A DNA stretch of 64,000 nt from Obrimoposthia wandeli (lineage: Eukaryota). Positions 51,151-63,760 of this stretch are shown piece after piece. A program made the translations under genes and the position numbers. Location: contig CDROCS010000207.1 in assembly GCA_977020255.1 (NCBI GenBank), positions 186,001 to 250,000 of the forward strand. The letters run 5' to 3'. Numbering within the stretch: position 1 is the stretch's first letter; each line of letters opens with the position of its first letter. Below the pieces are notes generated by a model. It saw nothing but the letters and a program-made list of their open reading frames with translations. It was not told the DNA's origin and did no database searches.

Positions 51151-53448
51151 ATCGATAATCCATTATAATCACATAAGCTCGCACACAAACTCTTAAAAGT
51201 GCATTAATAAAATGTCACACAACCTGGCCTATCACTGGCCAATTTCAAAATGTAAACAGCATTAGTAACCAACAAAAATACATTTTATTAATTTAAATAA
51301 AAGAAAAACATCCAGTATTGCAGCTTCATTTGAATATCATTGTTTTTATTTTAAATCAATTTAAAAACGTGTGTTTTACAGGAACATAAAAACATTTTCT
51401 TCTGTCTGTTCTTTTTATTTCTTAATAATTAAAAATCCAGTCAAACAATGTTTTATGTATACTGTTGTTATAATCTCCAGTTAGTTAGACTAGAAAAATC
51501 AGAAATTTTTTAAATGTATGATTTCACATAAATACTTAATTTTTGCTAGTTGCAATTAAAAATTGATAAACGAGAAGTCGATAAACACTGAAACTTCTAC
51601 TTTCAATTTGAATTCAATATTCATTGAAAATATCAGATTTCTATGAAGTTTATAACAGCTTGGCAAACTGATGTTACATAGCTGTAGTAAAGTATTTCTA
51701 TGGAAACAATTTATGTTATTTAGACAAGTTTGGGATGCTAATAATGACTACGAGTAAGGATTACAGCCAAAATACACTTCAATAGAAAAAAAATTAAGCT
51801 GTAACAAAGATTTTAAATATAATTGAAGATTAGAATAAAACAGAATGAATAATAGTTGATAATAAAAATATTAGATATGTTGATGTATTGTATGTATTGT
51901 ATGTTTTATTTATTGAACTATAAGAGAAAAGAAAATGTATATCAAAGATTTTTTTTATTAGATTCAAATGATTGTTATTCAATGGATAGATCAAGATCCG
52001 TCGATATAGATTAAGCGAAGTGACTATGGGTTGATTGTTTTTTAATGTTTTTTGATTAAAAGGAAACAATTTTATGCATATAAAAGCTGTCTTACGATTT
52101 GTTTGGATCTCGTCTTGTGTCGTCGACGAGTTTTGATAGTTTTGATTGTTCAAATTGATTTCAAATTGTCTTTGATTTCCAAAGATGAGATTCTAATTTG
52201 TTCATGTTGTGTCTCGATTGTCGAGAGGAGTATCCTTTTGAAAAATTGAAAATTTTCTGACTAATGGCACTATTTGTCAGCCTCAATCTAACACTAATTT
52301 TGCAACTCAGGTGACTCTTTTAGTAATAGCTTTTAGAGGTTAACTGATTTCAATTTACTTTTTTCCGGTAATTTTAAAGTTATTTTACTCTTTCCCTTTT
52401 TTTATTAATTCAATTAATTTTAATTTGTCCCTTATATGTCCTTGGCCAGAACATTAAATATTGCCAATTTTAATATTAGTTTTCAATTTAGTTGTCTGTT
52501 TTTGGATCTTAACAATTAGTTCAAGATTAGAGTTTCAGAATTCTCTGTTATGATGCTTACCAACTATTACCTCCAAATTATTCTTTACAAAGCTACAAGT
52601 TTAGTATCTCAACGAAAATTGGATAGCATAACTTATAATTGTAGTGATTAACTTAAAACTAATTATAAGAGCAGCGACTAAAAAATAAAATATACTGAAT
52701 TTTTGAATATTTTTTTATACATGTTTAAATGTATAATTTTCTACAAATATGTATTTAGAAATTTCAGAATACAAACATGTATAAATCAATACTCAATACT
52801 GCACTTTTTAAAGAAATACTACAAAGAGTTCACGCAACTTTAGAATGAAAGTACAATGAATTTATGTATGAAAATTTGATGCGCCTTTGTGTAGGATGCC
52901 ATTAGAATGTAGGGCTTTAAATATATACATATATATGTGTGTGTGTTGCAGAATTTGAAACGATTGAATATTACTTGGTTCCTGTAAAATACCATACTGG
53001 GAGAAACCAAAAAATAAGAAGCTAGGCTTCAACTGATATTTTCATCGGTTGAATTTGCCTAATTAAATATTAGATATAGTTATTTGGATTGTATCAGTTA
53101 TTTTCAGAAAATTTATATATAATTTATGGAATCAAATATAAAGGAAACCTTAAGAAGCGCATATCGTATAATCTACATTATAACGGATGTTCGGATAAAA
53201 TAATAGCAGCTTAACAGTATACCTATCATAACCATTAATTTTATTGTCGATGTGAATATTCTAAATTTGTACAATTGTTTAAAATACGGTGCATAATGCA
53301 GTATAATATAGGCATGTTGGTATTTTATTTCAGAAATATGTTATTTATTTATAAATAGTAACATTAAACAGTCTTTGATAATTTAGAAGAAAATAATTTT
53401 TGTATCAGTATACAACTACAAAATTTAGTAATATTACGCTTCTGCTCA

Positions 53449-53569
53449 ATAATTCTTTTTATTTATACAGTGTATGACAAACGTTTAAAAAAAATATATA
53501 TAAACATAATTCTTTTTATTTATACAGTGTATGACAAACGTTTAAAAAAATATATATATAAACATAATT
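53449..53569. repeat. 57-bp tandem duplication
   Basis: ataattctttttatttatacagtgtatgacaaacgtttaaaaaaa.atatataaac at 53449 and 53506. Confidence 0.9.
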
Positions 53570-53614
53570 TCATATTTTATGAGATATATCTGTTTGGATT
53601 TCTAATAAACTTGA

Positions 53615-53680
53615 TCCTCGTATGGAGGCTCCCAACGTGAGTTCTGTAGCGATAAGGTTTACAGATGTTTGTGGCTTACT
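53615..53680 (+). mobile_element. Possible LTR-retrotransposon primer-binding-site/leader motif; second copy at ~48810-48865
   Basis: tggaggctcccaacgtgagttctgtagcgata.ggtttac is shared with 48820-48856. The TGG...CCCAACGTG pattern resembles tRNA-complementary PBS sequences; the primer tRNA was not identified. Confidence 0.35.
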
Positions 53681-54413
53681 TTATTACTTTATTACTTACT
53701 ATTCTGATCTTACTTTATTTGAATCTCAAATCTAAAGGTTTTCTTTCTTGTGTGTTTTGGAGTTTGAGAGGTGTGTAGAGAGTTGTGTGCAAATAAAACT
53801 GGAAAGGACATAAAACTAATGTAGTGTTATGTAGGTCTAGGGTAATTTGAATTTTAAGTTTAGAGTAAGTCTGGTGAAAAACCTAAACTAAATAGATATC
53901 GAAGAGCCGGAGCCAGGCAACGATAACAATTTTCCTCCAGTAATATTGGGACACAACAATCTGCAAATATCCCAGTGCTTGAAACACCGTCACGTAGTTC
54001 TCTCAGATAGCCTATAGCTTAGTGGGCTCAACAATCTCGCTGAGTTAATAACGCGAAACAAGTTTTGTTTGTCTATTCTAATTACTAAACTTTATTTCCT
54101 AATACACTACACTCAAGGGCTATAATAAAACAATAACATGAATTCACAATTTCACAAACAGGGATGACACTCTAAGTCTTTTTCTATTTATTGATTTCGT
54201 TATTTAATCAATCTTTTAATACTCGTATGCTCTCCCTATTTGAACCTGTCGTACAACTTTTACTGTTAAGTATAAACTTGTCTTATACTTTATTGAATAT
54301 ACGGATGATTGACTTCGTATAATTATCCTAATATCGTCTTGTGGGCTGTCAACAATACCGGTAACGTATGACTACTATAACTCGTGCAAAATTTGATAGC
54401 TGTCAATCTACTC

Positions 54414-54559
54414 AAATTCGTATGAACAAATTACTCAAATCGTATTACTAAAGTGATAAATCAATTAAAATTCGTATGAACAATTTACTCAAATCGTATT
54501 ACTAAATTGATAAATCACTTAAAATTCATATGAACAATTTGCTCAAATCGTATTACTAA
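54414..54559. repeat. 54-bp tandem repeat, ~2.7 copies
   Basis: aaattcgtatgaacaa.ttactcaaatcgtattactaaa.tgataaatca.tt at 54414, 54468 and 54522. Confidence 0.9.
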
Positions 54560-55659
54560 TATTCTTCACAAATTCAATAAATTTCCGGCAATTGACCCAA
54601 CGGCTACTAACGGTGTCTCCTTTGATAATATCCAATGAATTGAGTTATTAACTTGTAACTCCTGCTTTGTAGTTTCCTTTCCAATGTTTCTCGTAAATCA
54701 ATTCTTAGTTTCTCAACTGCGTACTATCAGATTTTTAGTTTCCTCCCAATCTATACGTTTCAATCTCTGCTAAATCACATAATGAATCTTGTTTTATATT
54801 AAATTATCTTGTAGTTGTTAAATGGCTGCTGAGCTGCTCCAATGAATGGGGATCGAGACTCCTATCCTAAATGTCTGCTGCTTACCCCGGATCGAGGAGA
54901 TTGCTGCACAGGTGGTGTGTTTCCCACACTCTCTTGCAATCTCAAATGGATTTTTCTCGGAATCTCCTGTAACAAAACGATTGCTTCCACTGGTGATCGC
55001 TACGTGTTTTGGTTAAGTTGTTTTTCTTCAGATACTTAGTTGTTGCACAGATGATTATTCTCTTCGATACTTATTTCGTGAATTTTTGTCAATTGAGTTC
55101 TCTCCTGTTTCTTAATTAGTATCTTTCTTGGGGGCGTTTTTACATTGTTTTCCCCTATATATTTTTTCTGATGACCTCCTCAAGGTCTTAATTTTTTCAA
55201 AATACACATTTTAATTTATTTTAACTTTTTTAAAATTTATTAATTTTCTTTCAATCTTCAATGTTCTAAGGTTAAATTATTACTATAAATAATTCTTAAT
55301 ATTTATTTTATTCTAATTTTCTTCAATCTAACAGACCTTCAATTTCTTTGCCATTTCTAATATCTGTGAATAGGTGAATGTGTCCATTCTGTCTCTGTCC
55401 TTTAAAACCATGAATGTTTGCTGAAAGTAAAATTTGTGTATTGAACAAAAATTTTAAAAATATTGAATACTATCTCTTAATAACCAAAACCACACTGTCT
55501 TACGATTGTTCAAATGGATTTTTTTACTCTTTTTGGATGCACAAAAAATTAAACAGACGTGGGGTAGTGAGGTTAAATGGCTATTGGCGTATGTAAAAAT
55601 ATAATGAAATACTTCTCAGTGTATTAGCGCATGTATTGCAACCTCCGCCAGAATGGACA

Positions 55660-55780
55660 GGGATGCACAAGACGAAGCGCAACCTGGTGACTCTGGCGGA
55701 GGTGGTAATCTCATTACAGGAGAATCTGCAGAAGCTCATAGACACCGGATCACAGTTGAACAAGAGGATTTCGGTAACAT
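55660..55780 (+). mobile_element. Possible retroviral aspartic protease remnant
   Basis: In-frame LQKLIDTGSQLN (DTG catalytic motif) in a GC-richer decayed patch. Single motif only. Confidence 0.3.
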
Positions 55781-56905
55781 AAATTGAGGTTACTCCTCTT
55801 CCTACACTTGTTGTCCAACATACATACTCGCCTCAGGCAGAGGCACGGTCTCGATACTACTCAGCGGCCATTTCAGATACCACATATGACGGAACAGCAG
55901 ATACTACAAGATCAGACACTACTTATCTTAGAGGAGTAAATCTGGTGCATTGGGGAATGTGTGCATCAGAATGTCTACACAATATACCAGTGGAAACATG
56001 AGACAGTTGTTCACTGGCTAGGGAAAGAGAAGGAGAAGAAGGAAAAGCGGCAGCTCAAGAAGAAATCGTATACGATAGACAATAAACTTGTGAAACATCA
56101 GAGTTCGACTACTGTTACTCATCCACTAGAGCCGACGTCTCCAGCAAATTATCATGTTATCCTCCCAAAACTGTATGAGGAATGTAAATCAGCAGATTGC
56201 AAAGGCTCCACCCAAAAATGAAACTGGAACTACCACGGAAACGAAGAAAAAGAGCGACCTCAATGGAGGAGCAACGAGATCGTGATTCACATGATCCAGA
56301 TAATGACTTCGTGAAATTTTTCAGGAAAAATTCAATTTTCAAATTATTTTTTTGAATTCCTTAATATTTTAAAAAATATTAAAGGAAAGTTAAAGATATT
56401 TTTAAATAAATTATTTCAGTAACAAATGTATAGGAAAGCAGTTTATAATTATATTATACAAGGACCGGAAAAAATTAAATTTAGTAAGATAGAAGTTGAG
56501 GAAAAATATGAGGGTAGATCTCTGGCAGCAGGCCATGAATCAGGAGATTCATATGAAACTCGTTGAAGATTAGAATAATCTGGAAAAAGCCATTTTTGTA
56601 TTTTGTCTCTTACCAATCAGAAAGTAAAGAGAAATAGATGTGATGTGTTTCCGAAAAAGAAGCAATGGACTGTAAAATTCGACCTTATGGTTACCAGAAG
56701 GAAGAAATTGGAACAAAGTTACCTGTCTGGAAAATTGAACGTACTCATATCCCTATGTTTTAACTATTTCTTTACTTTTACCATGTTTCTTTCATTTTAC
56801 ATTTATAAATTGTAATCAGTTTAATTTCCATTTATTTCATAATATTTGTATCTTATATATATATTTTTATAAACATTGTATTTTAATCAGTTTCTTTATT
56901 TTAGA

Positions 56906-57247
56906 ATGGATCCTCTACTGAGATATATAGGAAATTTTTATTATCCGGAAAGAATTTCAAAAGGAAAACGATATAATATTTTAAAGAGACTTCAAATTAT
57001 ACGAATTATGAATCCTGTGAAAATATCAAAAGTGGAAAACAAATATCTGATTGAAATTTTAACAACATCTGATATTGATCAATTGAAATATATTTTGGGA
57101 TATTACATACCTGATTATGTATACGAAGGAAATTATTTCCAGCTTGAAACTGATCCCAGTCTGGCTTTAAGAGATTATCTAGGTTATTTGATTACTCCAA
57201 TTTTAGAAGAAGTAAATTTTCTTCATGTCTCTGGCTGTGACCATTGA
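56906..57247 (+). CDS. Orphan 113-aa ORF within the GPCR intron
   Basis: Uninterrupted MDPLLRYIGNFYYPER...LHVSGCDH, preceded by an acceptor-like tttctttattttag. No family recognised. Confidence 0.4.
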   Translation: MDPLLRYIGNFYYPERISKGKRYNILKRLQIIRIMNPVKISKVENKYLIEILTTSDIDQLKYILGYYIPDYVYEGNYFQLETDPSLALRDYLGYLITPILEEVNFLHVSGCDH

Positions 57248-58329
57248 CAATAAGTCGCTTAAAAAGCAAAAATAATGAAATATTTTATCTTATAGACAAT
57301 ATCGTGGAACCTCGAGCAATTTATTGACCAGCAAAGTTACGGGATTTAAATTCAATATAGAATATATGGTGTATCTTTAGAAACGGATAAGACAGAATAT
57401 ACGAAGCACGGTAATTTATTTACCATATCGACAATTATCAAAGAATGTTTAAATCAAATCCACACACCATTATAGAGGAATAATTAAATAGTATCAAAGC
57501 AAATAGATAAAAGAGTTTCGGGAGTTAATTATATTTTTTGGTTTTATTTTATATGTAAATGAACATTTGTTGTTTTTCAAAAAGAACAATATACGGGATG
57601 ATAATATTTTTGTATATTACTAGAAGTACTCTTGTGAACCAATTTATATTCAGAAAACGTAATTAAATCTACATTTTAAAACAATGATGATCGACAAATT
57701 CTGAATACAAATGTGTTTGTGCTGGGTTTAGATTCCATTTTAAACACCAAATTAAAACTGGCCGTGAGACAGGTGGAAATTTGAGTTAACGATTATCACA
57801 ACCCCATATTTATGGTTTCTATTTTACAATAAAACATGTACGCTATGATTAGCTTGCATATTGAAATAAACATCCGATTAATTTAATATTTAAGTATCAT
57901 TTGTCTCAAAAAGATTTCCCTAACTACATTTTAATATGGACCATTACTAGTGCCTCAGGAAAAGACTTGAAATGTAAGTATGTTAGAGATACCATAAAAT
58001 TAATGTTTATTGAAAGAAATATTTCATTAAGAGTTTGGTTAAATATTTTAATGAGAAAGATTCATTTCATTTCAAAAATTAAATTTTCCAAAACATATCT
58101 ATATTACAAAACAACAGTAAACACTGTTTTATTCAAAAATTATTATTTTATTTAACTTTAATAATTGTTATGGTATTTTTCAGAAAACTTAATTCAATCT
58201 TCTATAATTGTGCGTTTGAGGCTCTCAACGTCTTCATAAGTAGATTAAGATTTGAAAATTTCCCCAAACATTTCCTATAATATTGAGGCATGGGTCCAAA
58301 ACGGGTAAGCAATACTATTTTCATCTAAC

Positions 58330-58720
58330 TAAGATAGATTATATTTAGCGGCCTGTGATTGTGTCGAGGTTACCAGGAGCAACAGAAACTCCTGAGAGTT
58401 TTGGAGAATGGCATGAAAATACAGATGATAAATTAGTTTCCTGAAAAAAGGCAAAATTATGCAAGATCGATTTATCTGTCTTACAGCCGAGATCATATCT
58501 AATTAACTGGAAGTCAAGCGTTTAAGCTCAGATCTTAACCCTATTGGAACTTTTAGGCAGTTGGAAAAAGATTGTTGAACACGTAAAAATGAAACAACAC
58601 AATATCAGCTCTTTTCCGTAGTCATTAATTAATAAAATCATAACGCTGATATCCAAGAAATCCTTAACAAACTTATCAAATCAGTGCCTCGCAGAAAGCA
58701 ATTCTGATTATGATTCGTGG
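58330..58720 (+). mobile_element. Degenerate Tc1-like transposase, related to the remnant at 8290-8620
   Basis: MQDRFICLTAEIISN, SSDLNPIGT (SPDLNPIE) and KLIKSVPRR fragments. Confidence 0.6.
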
Positions 58721-59062
58721 CTTTCTTCGTTGGAGTCACATAATTTAATACAAATCTCGAATGGGTCAGGCTTGGTACGTATAGCTGGAGCTGTGTGATG
58801 AACCCCGTACTATATCTGTTTATAGTGTTTTTTTTTCAAAATAATGAAATTTTTAGATTTCAAGTGATCTTTTATTGAATTAGATGAAATAGTTGAGTTG
58901 AATGCATTTAAAAGCGAATTTGTCTATGAATTTAGAAGCCGATATTAACTTGCAAGAACACCGAGTATCATATAGATAGTAGAATCAAGTATCTGACACT
59001 GAAACATAACCTGTAACATTCCCTCATTGTCACTATTGATTGGAATATATATACGTACACAG

Positions 59063-60067
59063 GCCTTCTGTGTTCCCGTGTCTGCTCTAATTCTCGTTCT
59101 GATCTCCATCGACCGGTTCCTCGTCATCTGCTTTGTGCCATCAATCCTCATCCACCGCTCCACCTCAAAGGTCATCCTGACACTGATATTTCTGCTCGGC
59201 ATCGTCCTCGCCATCCCAATGGCCCTCCACACTGGAGTTCAGCTGCAATTACCGCCACTATTCAACGACAGGCTCATGCAGACTCTAATGCTGAAACCGC
59301 GTCAAACCAACCTGTCCAGTACCTCCTTCCTTCCGCCACCGCGACCGCAGTTACATCAGCCGCCACTGCAGATCTTCACAGTCGGAATATGTACTACAGA
59401 TGAAACCTTCATCAGCAAGAAGAACTATGCCTACTACAAGGTTTCCTTATTTGCCCTATTCACATTTCTGATGCTGCTGATTGTGCTCTTTTACACAATG
59501 ATATTTACCTTCCTCTGGTTCAAGCATCGCAAAATGCGCGTCTATCGGTCCACCAAGAGTACAACTATCCCCGCTGCATCATCCACAACACGCAGCTTCA
59601 TACGCCACAAAAGTGCAACTTCCCACTGTCTGGACGACAGCACGACGTGCACAAACCTGGCCGACAAGACCGTGGTTGTTAACTACCACAATCGCCGACG
59701 TAGACCGCACATTAAGACTGCATACACACTCGGTTTGATCGGCATCACCTTCGTAGTCTCGTACTTGCCCTACTTGCTCATCAGCAACGGCTTCATCTTC
59801 ACGAAGACCAGCAGAGACGTCTTGGCGTTGTCCTCTTCTACCAGCAACTTGAACTCGTCAATTACCGACAACAGCGACCTGAACGATAGCAGTAGCATCG
59901 GTAGAAACAGCTACGGGATCTATCTGGTGTACGTATACAAGCTGCTCTTCTATCTCTACTTCACCAACAGCGTACTCAACCCCATCATATATTCCGTGAC
60001 GAACAATCAGTTCAAGAACGACGTGAAGAAAACCTGGCTATTTCAGATTATTTTTAAACGAAGTTGA
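59063..60067 (+). CDS. Class A (rhodopsin-like) GPCR, exon 2 (TM3-TM7), peptide-receptor-like
   Basis: Acceptor cacag ends at 59062, phase 0. Motifs ILVLISIDRFLVIC (DRF), TM5 LFYTMIF, TM6 FVVSYLPY, TM7 NSVLNPIIYS (NPxxY). Joins exon 1 as CKLIIVLK|AFCVPVSAL, giving 429 aa. Confidence 0.92.
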   Translation, partial: AFCVPVSALILVLISIDRFLVICFVPSILIHRSTSKVILTLIFLLGIVLAIPMALHTGVQLQLPPLFNDRLMQTLMLKPRQTNLSSTSFLPPPRPQLHQPPLQIFTVGICTTDETFISKKNYAYYKVSLFALFTFLMLLIVLFYTMIFTFLWFKHRKMRVYRSTKSTTIPAASSTTRSFIRHKSATSHCLDDSTTCTNLADKTVVVNYHNRRRRPHIKTAYTLGLIGITFVVSYLPYLLISNGFIFTKTSRDVLALSSSTSNLNSSITDNSDLNDSSSIGRNSYGIYLVYVYKLLFYLYFTNSVLNPIIYSVTNNQFKNDVKKTWLFQIIFKRS

Positions 60068-60453
60068 TTTCTGAGATATCTGTTGACTTGTTGACTATTC
60101 GTTTATTGTAATTCACACCTTATAATTCAGTTGAAAATTTGCAAATGACATTTACCTGTATTTATTGCATTAAAATTATTTTATTTACTAAATATAAGTA
60201 AGGCGTAAAATCCAAAATTTCACATGAATTTTGTTTTTAATAAATTTCCCAAAATATTCTAAAATACAAGACAAACTTTGTAAAATATGAACGGGCATGA
60301 ACAAAATCATTTCATTTTCTATCATTACACAAGTCAGCATCTACTTCATATAGAAGATCCCAAAAAGTTTCAATTTTTACCATTAATTAAATAAATGTCA
60401 ACCAATATATATCTAAACAATATAATTTTCATTATTATTAACTATATCTATGT

Positions 60454-60758
60454 CAGGAGTTCCCAAATGTTTTGGACGCGGAACCTTTAGGTATTATTAA
60501 ATTTATTTTGGAACCCCTACCTATTAAAAATACTTAAAACCATAAAGAGAAGAATAAAAATCAAACAAATTTATATTGATTTTTTTTTTAAAAAATTAAA
60601 GTTAAACTAATGAAGTATTTATTAAGTAGTTAAGTATGGCGTCCTGGTAGGAGTAACGTTAATGCCAATTTTTTTAAATATTAAATTTTGGCTTGCAGAA
60701 CCCCTGATTTAGTCTAAGGAACTCTAGAGTTCCGCGGAATCCACATTGGGAACCCCTG
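60454..60758. mobile_element. hAT-type MITE (305 bp)
   Basis: TIRs caggagttcccaa / ttgggaacccctg. Both flanks (atctatgt, acatatac) fit NNNTANNN but are not identical. Confidence 0.7.
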
Positions 60759-60899
60759 ACATATACAATGGTTCTTTATTCATCTTTGCGTTAGAAATTG
60801 AATTGTTTTCGCACAATTTTGGAATTCTCTTTTGTGCCTGTTTTTTTTATAATAACTATCTCCTTCGAATTTAGAGCCAAAATTTGCCTGAACACCTTT

Positions 60900-61330
60900 A
60901 TCAGTTTGGGTTTTTAGTGCAATTGACTTTCTTGGTCACCCGAACCATTGGTAACCATTTGAAGCACTAATCGAAAGAAAATCCTTTATTAGTACATATA
61001 ATAAAGTTCTTACTTACCTTACGCTTCATTTTACTATAAGACATCAAAGATCGCTGTGCAACGAGTAACTCTGGTTTCCTTGTGTACATCAGTTAAATTA
61101 TGGGGAACATATTTTTGCAGACTGATTCAGTTTGAGTTGAGAAGTAGGAGGCCTATTTTTCTATCTCAAATGTAGTCTTTACCAACTGTTTACTGATAGG
61201 GAGATTCGTCGAGCTTCACAAGACTGTCACTTTGGATAAGATTTGAACAATCTCAAATTGGCCAATTCTTTGAAATATATGGTAGTTGGTTCCAAACGAA
61301 AACCTAAGGTGCTGGAGATAATAGCTAGTC
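60900..61330 (-). mobile_element. Decayed mariner transposase remnant
   Basis: KYVPHNLTDVHKETRVTRC (~61115-61055) matches the mariner 'WVPH.L...K..RV..C' motif. Confidence 0.5.
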
Positions 61331-63329
61331 TCCGAGCTTATTTGTAATTTTTAGTTTAGGAGTTTTGAAATCAATATATGAATTTGGTAAAACATGAATT
61401 AATTTTTATTTCAACGTAATGTTTGGTTCATAAAACTATGACTTGCTATTACCTAAAGAGTTTTTATAAACATTTTATTATTATTTGAAATAATAAAAAT
61501 GCAATGTATGTGAAATATTTTGCGCCGACAGTGATAGAACTTTATAATGTACTTCTGGGTTTAGTTTAGATTCTCAATTAAGATCATCATATGAAAAAAA
61601 TTTCAAGAATTTAATTAATATTACGTAACTATCGAGTAATATTACAAATCAATGGTTGATTTTAATTGAATTATTTTTATTAAAAAAGTGATTGATCATT
61701 TGTTCTAAATTCAGTATTTCAGTTAATTTTTGTGAAGAAAAATTTTTTTTTTATATAATTTCTAAATAACAACAATTTAAAAATTCGAAAATTTATGCAT
61801 CATTGAACATACGCTGAGAAAACAATTTTTCAGAGAAAGCTATAAATACCATTTACTAATTCTATTAAAAATTAAAAAATACATATGTTAAATAAAGTGA
61901 AGGAAATGAATATAATTTCTTTTAAAATGATTATAATGTATCTTTTCGTTAAACACTATCATGCAGTAATGTATATTTATATATTTCTTATCAGTGAAAA
62001 TACAGATACAGTGATAGCAATAAATAAATGTTCATGCACTCACGTCTCCTTGTATAAAGTCGTGTCCTTTCTAGAAGATAGGAAAATGCCAGAAACTGGT
62101 TTATAATGGACCATAATAATTAGATGAATAATTTATTTCTAGTAAGTCACCTTTTATGTAGAGATCACCGTCACGCCACCATCACTACCCTGGATCAAAA
62201 TAAGATAAATTGATAAAAAAGAACATTGTTGGGCTTTACCGAAGTGATTTAAACTTCCAGTAAATAAATAGCACAGCATAATATTTATAAATATAAACCT
62301 TCAAATAAAACTCTGGTAAAACTGCAGTTAGTACAAGTGATAAAATTAAATTAATATAATACTCAACAAATGGACACCAAAAGTATGAGTTTTATATTAA
62401 AAATTTGCTTATCAATAAGAATAATTAAATGATATTTCGAATTTTAAAGGTAAATAGAGTTTACCTTTGATAGCGTCTGAGTAGAACTTACCCTCGTGAA
62501 ACGATTATCATGAAACATATTATTGAGTTTATTGGTTAAATGAGCTATAATAATTAATTCTACTTTGCTTTACAATATTTTTAGTTCAAAAATATATTCA
62601 AACTAAATAAAACTCACATTAAACATAATTAAATAAATTGATAAAAAATATTTGAATTTGATGGTATTTAATAAATTTAAATGCAGGATAATAAAATTTA
62701 TCGATTAAAATCAAAATTAAGAATTTAAGGTTAATAATTAAAATGTAATTTAAAACTCTTAACTATTTAATAAATTATCTTTAAAGTTGAAATAAAATGT
62801 AGTCTTTTGACTGTCCCTAAATAATTAATATGTATCAATGCTTAAAATGCCTTAGGACGGTGACTGCATTGTCACAAGTTCACATATTCAAGTGATCAGT
62901 GTCAACAAGTAATACACAGGATCATTTAAAATTTCGACACAATTTAGCTGAGACTTAAAAATTAGTTTATAATTGTACAAAATCAGCATTAGATTATTTC
63001 AACCTAAACAAATTATTCTTAGGGAAAATATGTTTTTAAAGTCAACAGAGATATGCTTTCATTTGAGATAATGAAATATATGGGTTTATCAATTAACTAA
63101 TAAAGACAGTAAAATACGGATATCTCGTCATCTCAAGAGAAAAAGAGAAAACGACGACTTAACCGTGGTGACGACTTACTCGTGATTAAGCAAAAATTAA
63201 AAATCTAACATTCATAAATATATTTACATTTCAGAATGAGTTTCTCAGTGAATAAACGTGTGAAGTACGTAATTTAGTATGCATGTTATCAATGTTTTAG
63301 TACATGGTTGAAATCATCTTTAGAAGGCG

Positions 63330-63760
63330 AATTCATCCATAAAGGTATGGTTGACCATATGTGAAGGGGTAAAAAAGTTGGGATTATCAAAATATTGTGC
63401 GTTTAATAATGTAAAAATTTTATGGTCGTCCACAAGTTAAGGGTCAGATTTGGAACAAACTTGAAAATTGTATTACATGGTTGTATTTGTTTATCAAAAT
63501 TGAGTTCATTCAAACCCTTATGGTCTCGCATAAGTTAAGGAGTCCTGATGAAAAATAAAAATACTTGTAATTTCAAAAATAATTTTTTGAAATTTAAATT
63601 TGTACCAAATTAATTTGTTAGTTTTTGTTAAAGTTAAACAAATTTTAATATAACGTTTTTTTTTAAAAATAAAATATTAAAGTACAATTATTTAAAATAA
63701 ATATTAAGCAAATATGTTTAATAAACTCAAAATACTTTACTAATATTTTTTTTTAATAAA
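63330..63760. repeat. Dispersed repeat related to 13450-13800
   Basis: ccaaatta.tttgttagtttttgttaaagttaaacaaattttaat.taacg...aaataaatattaagcaaa is shared with 13690-13800, with similar upstream tggtcgtcca...aagggt motifs. Confidence 0.75.
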
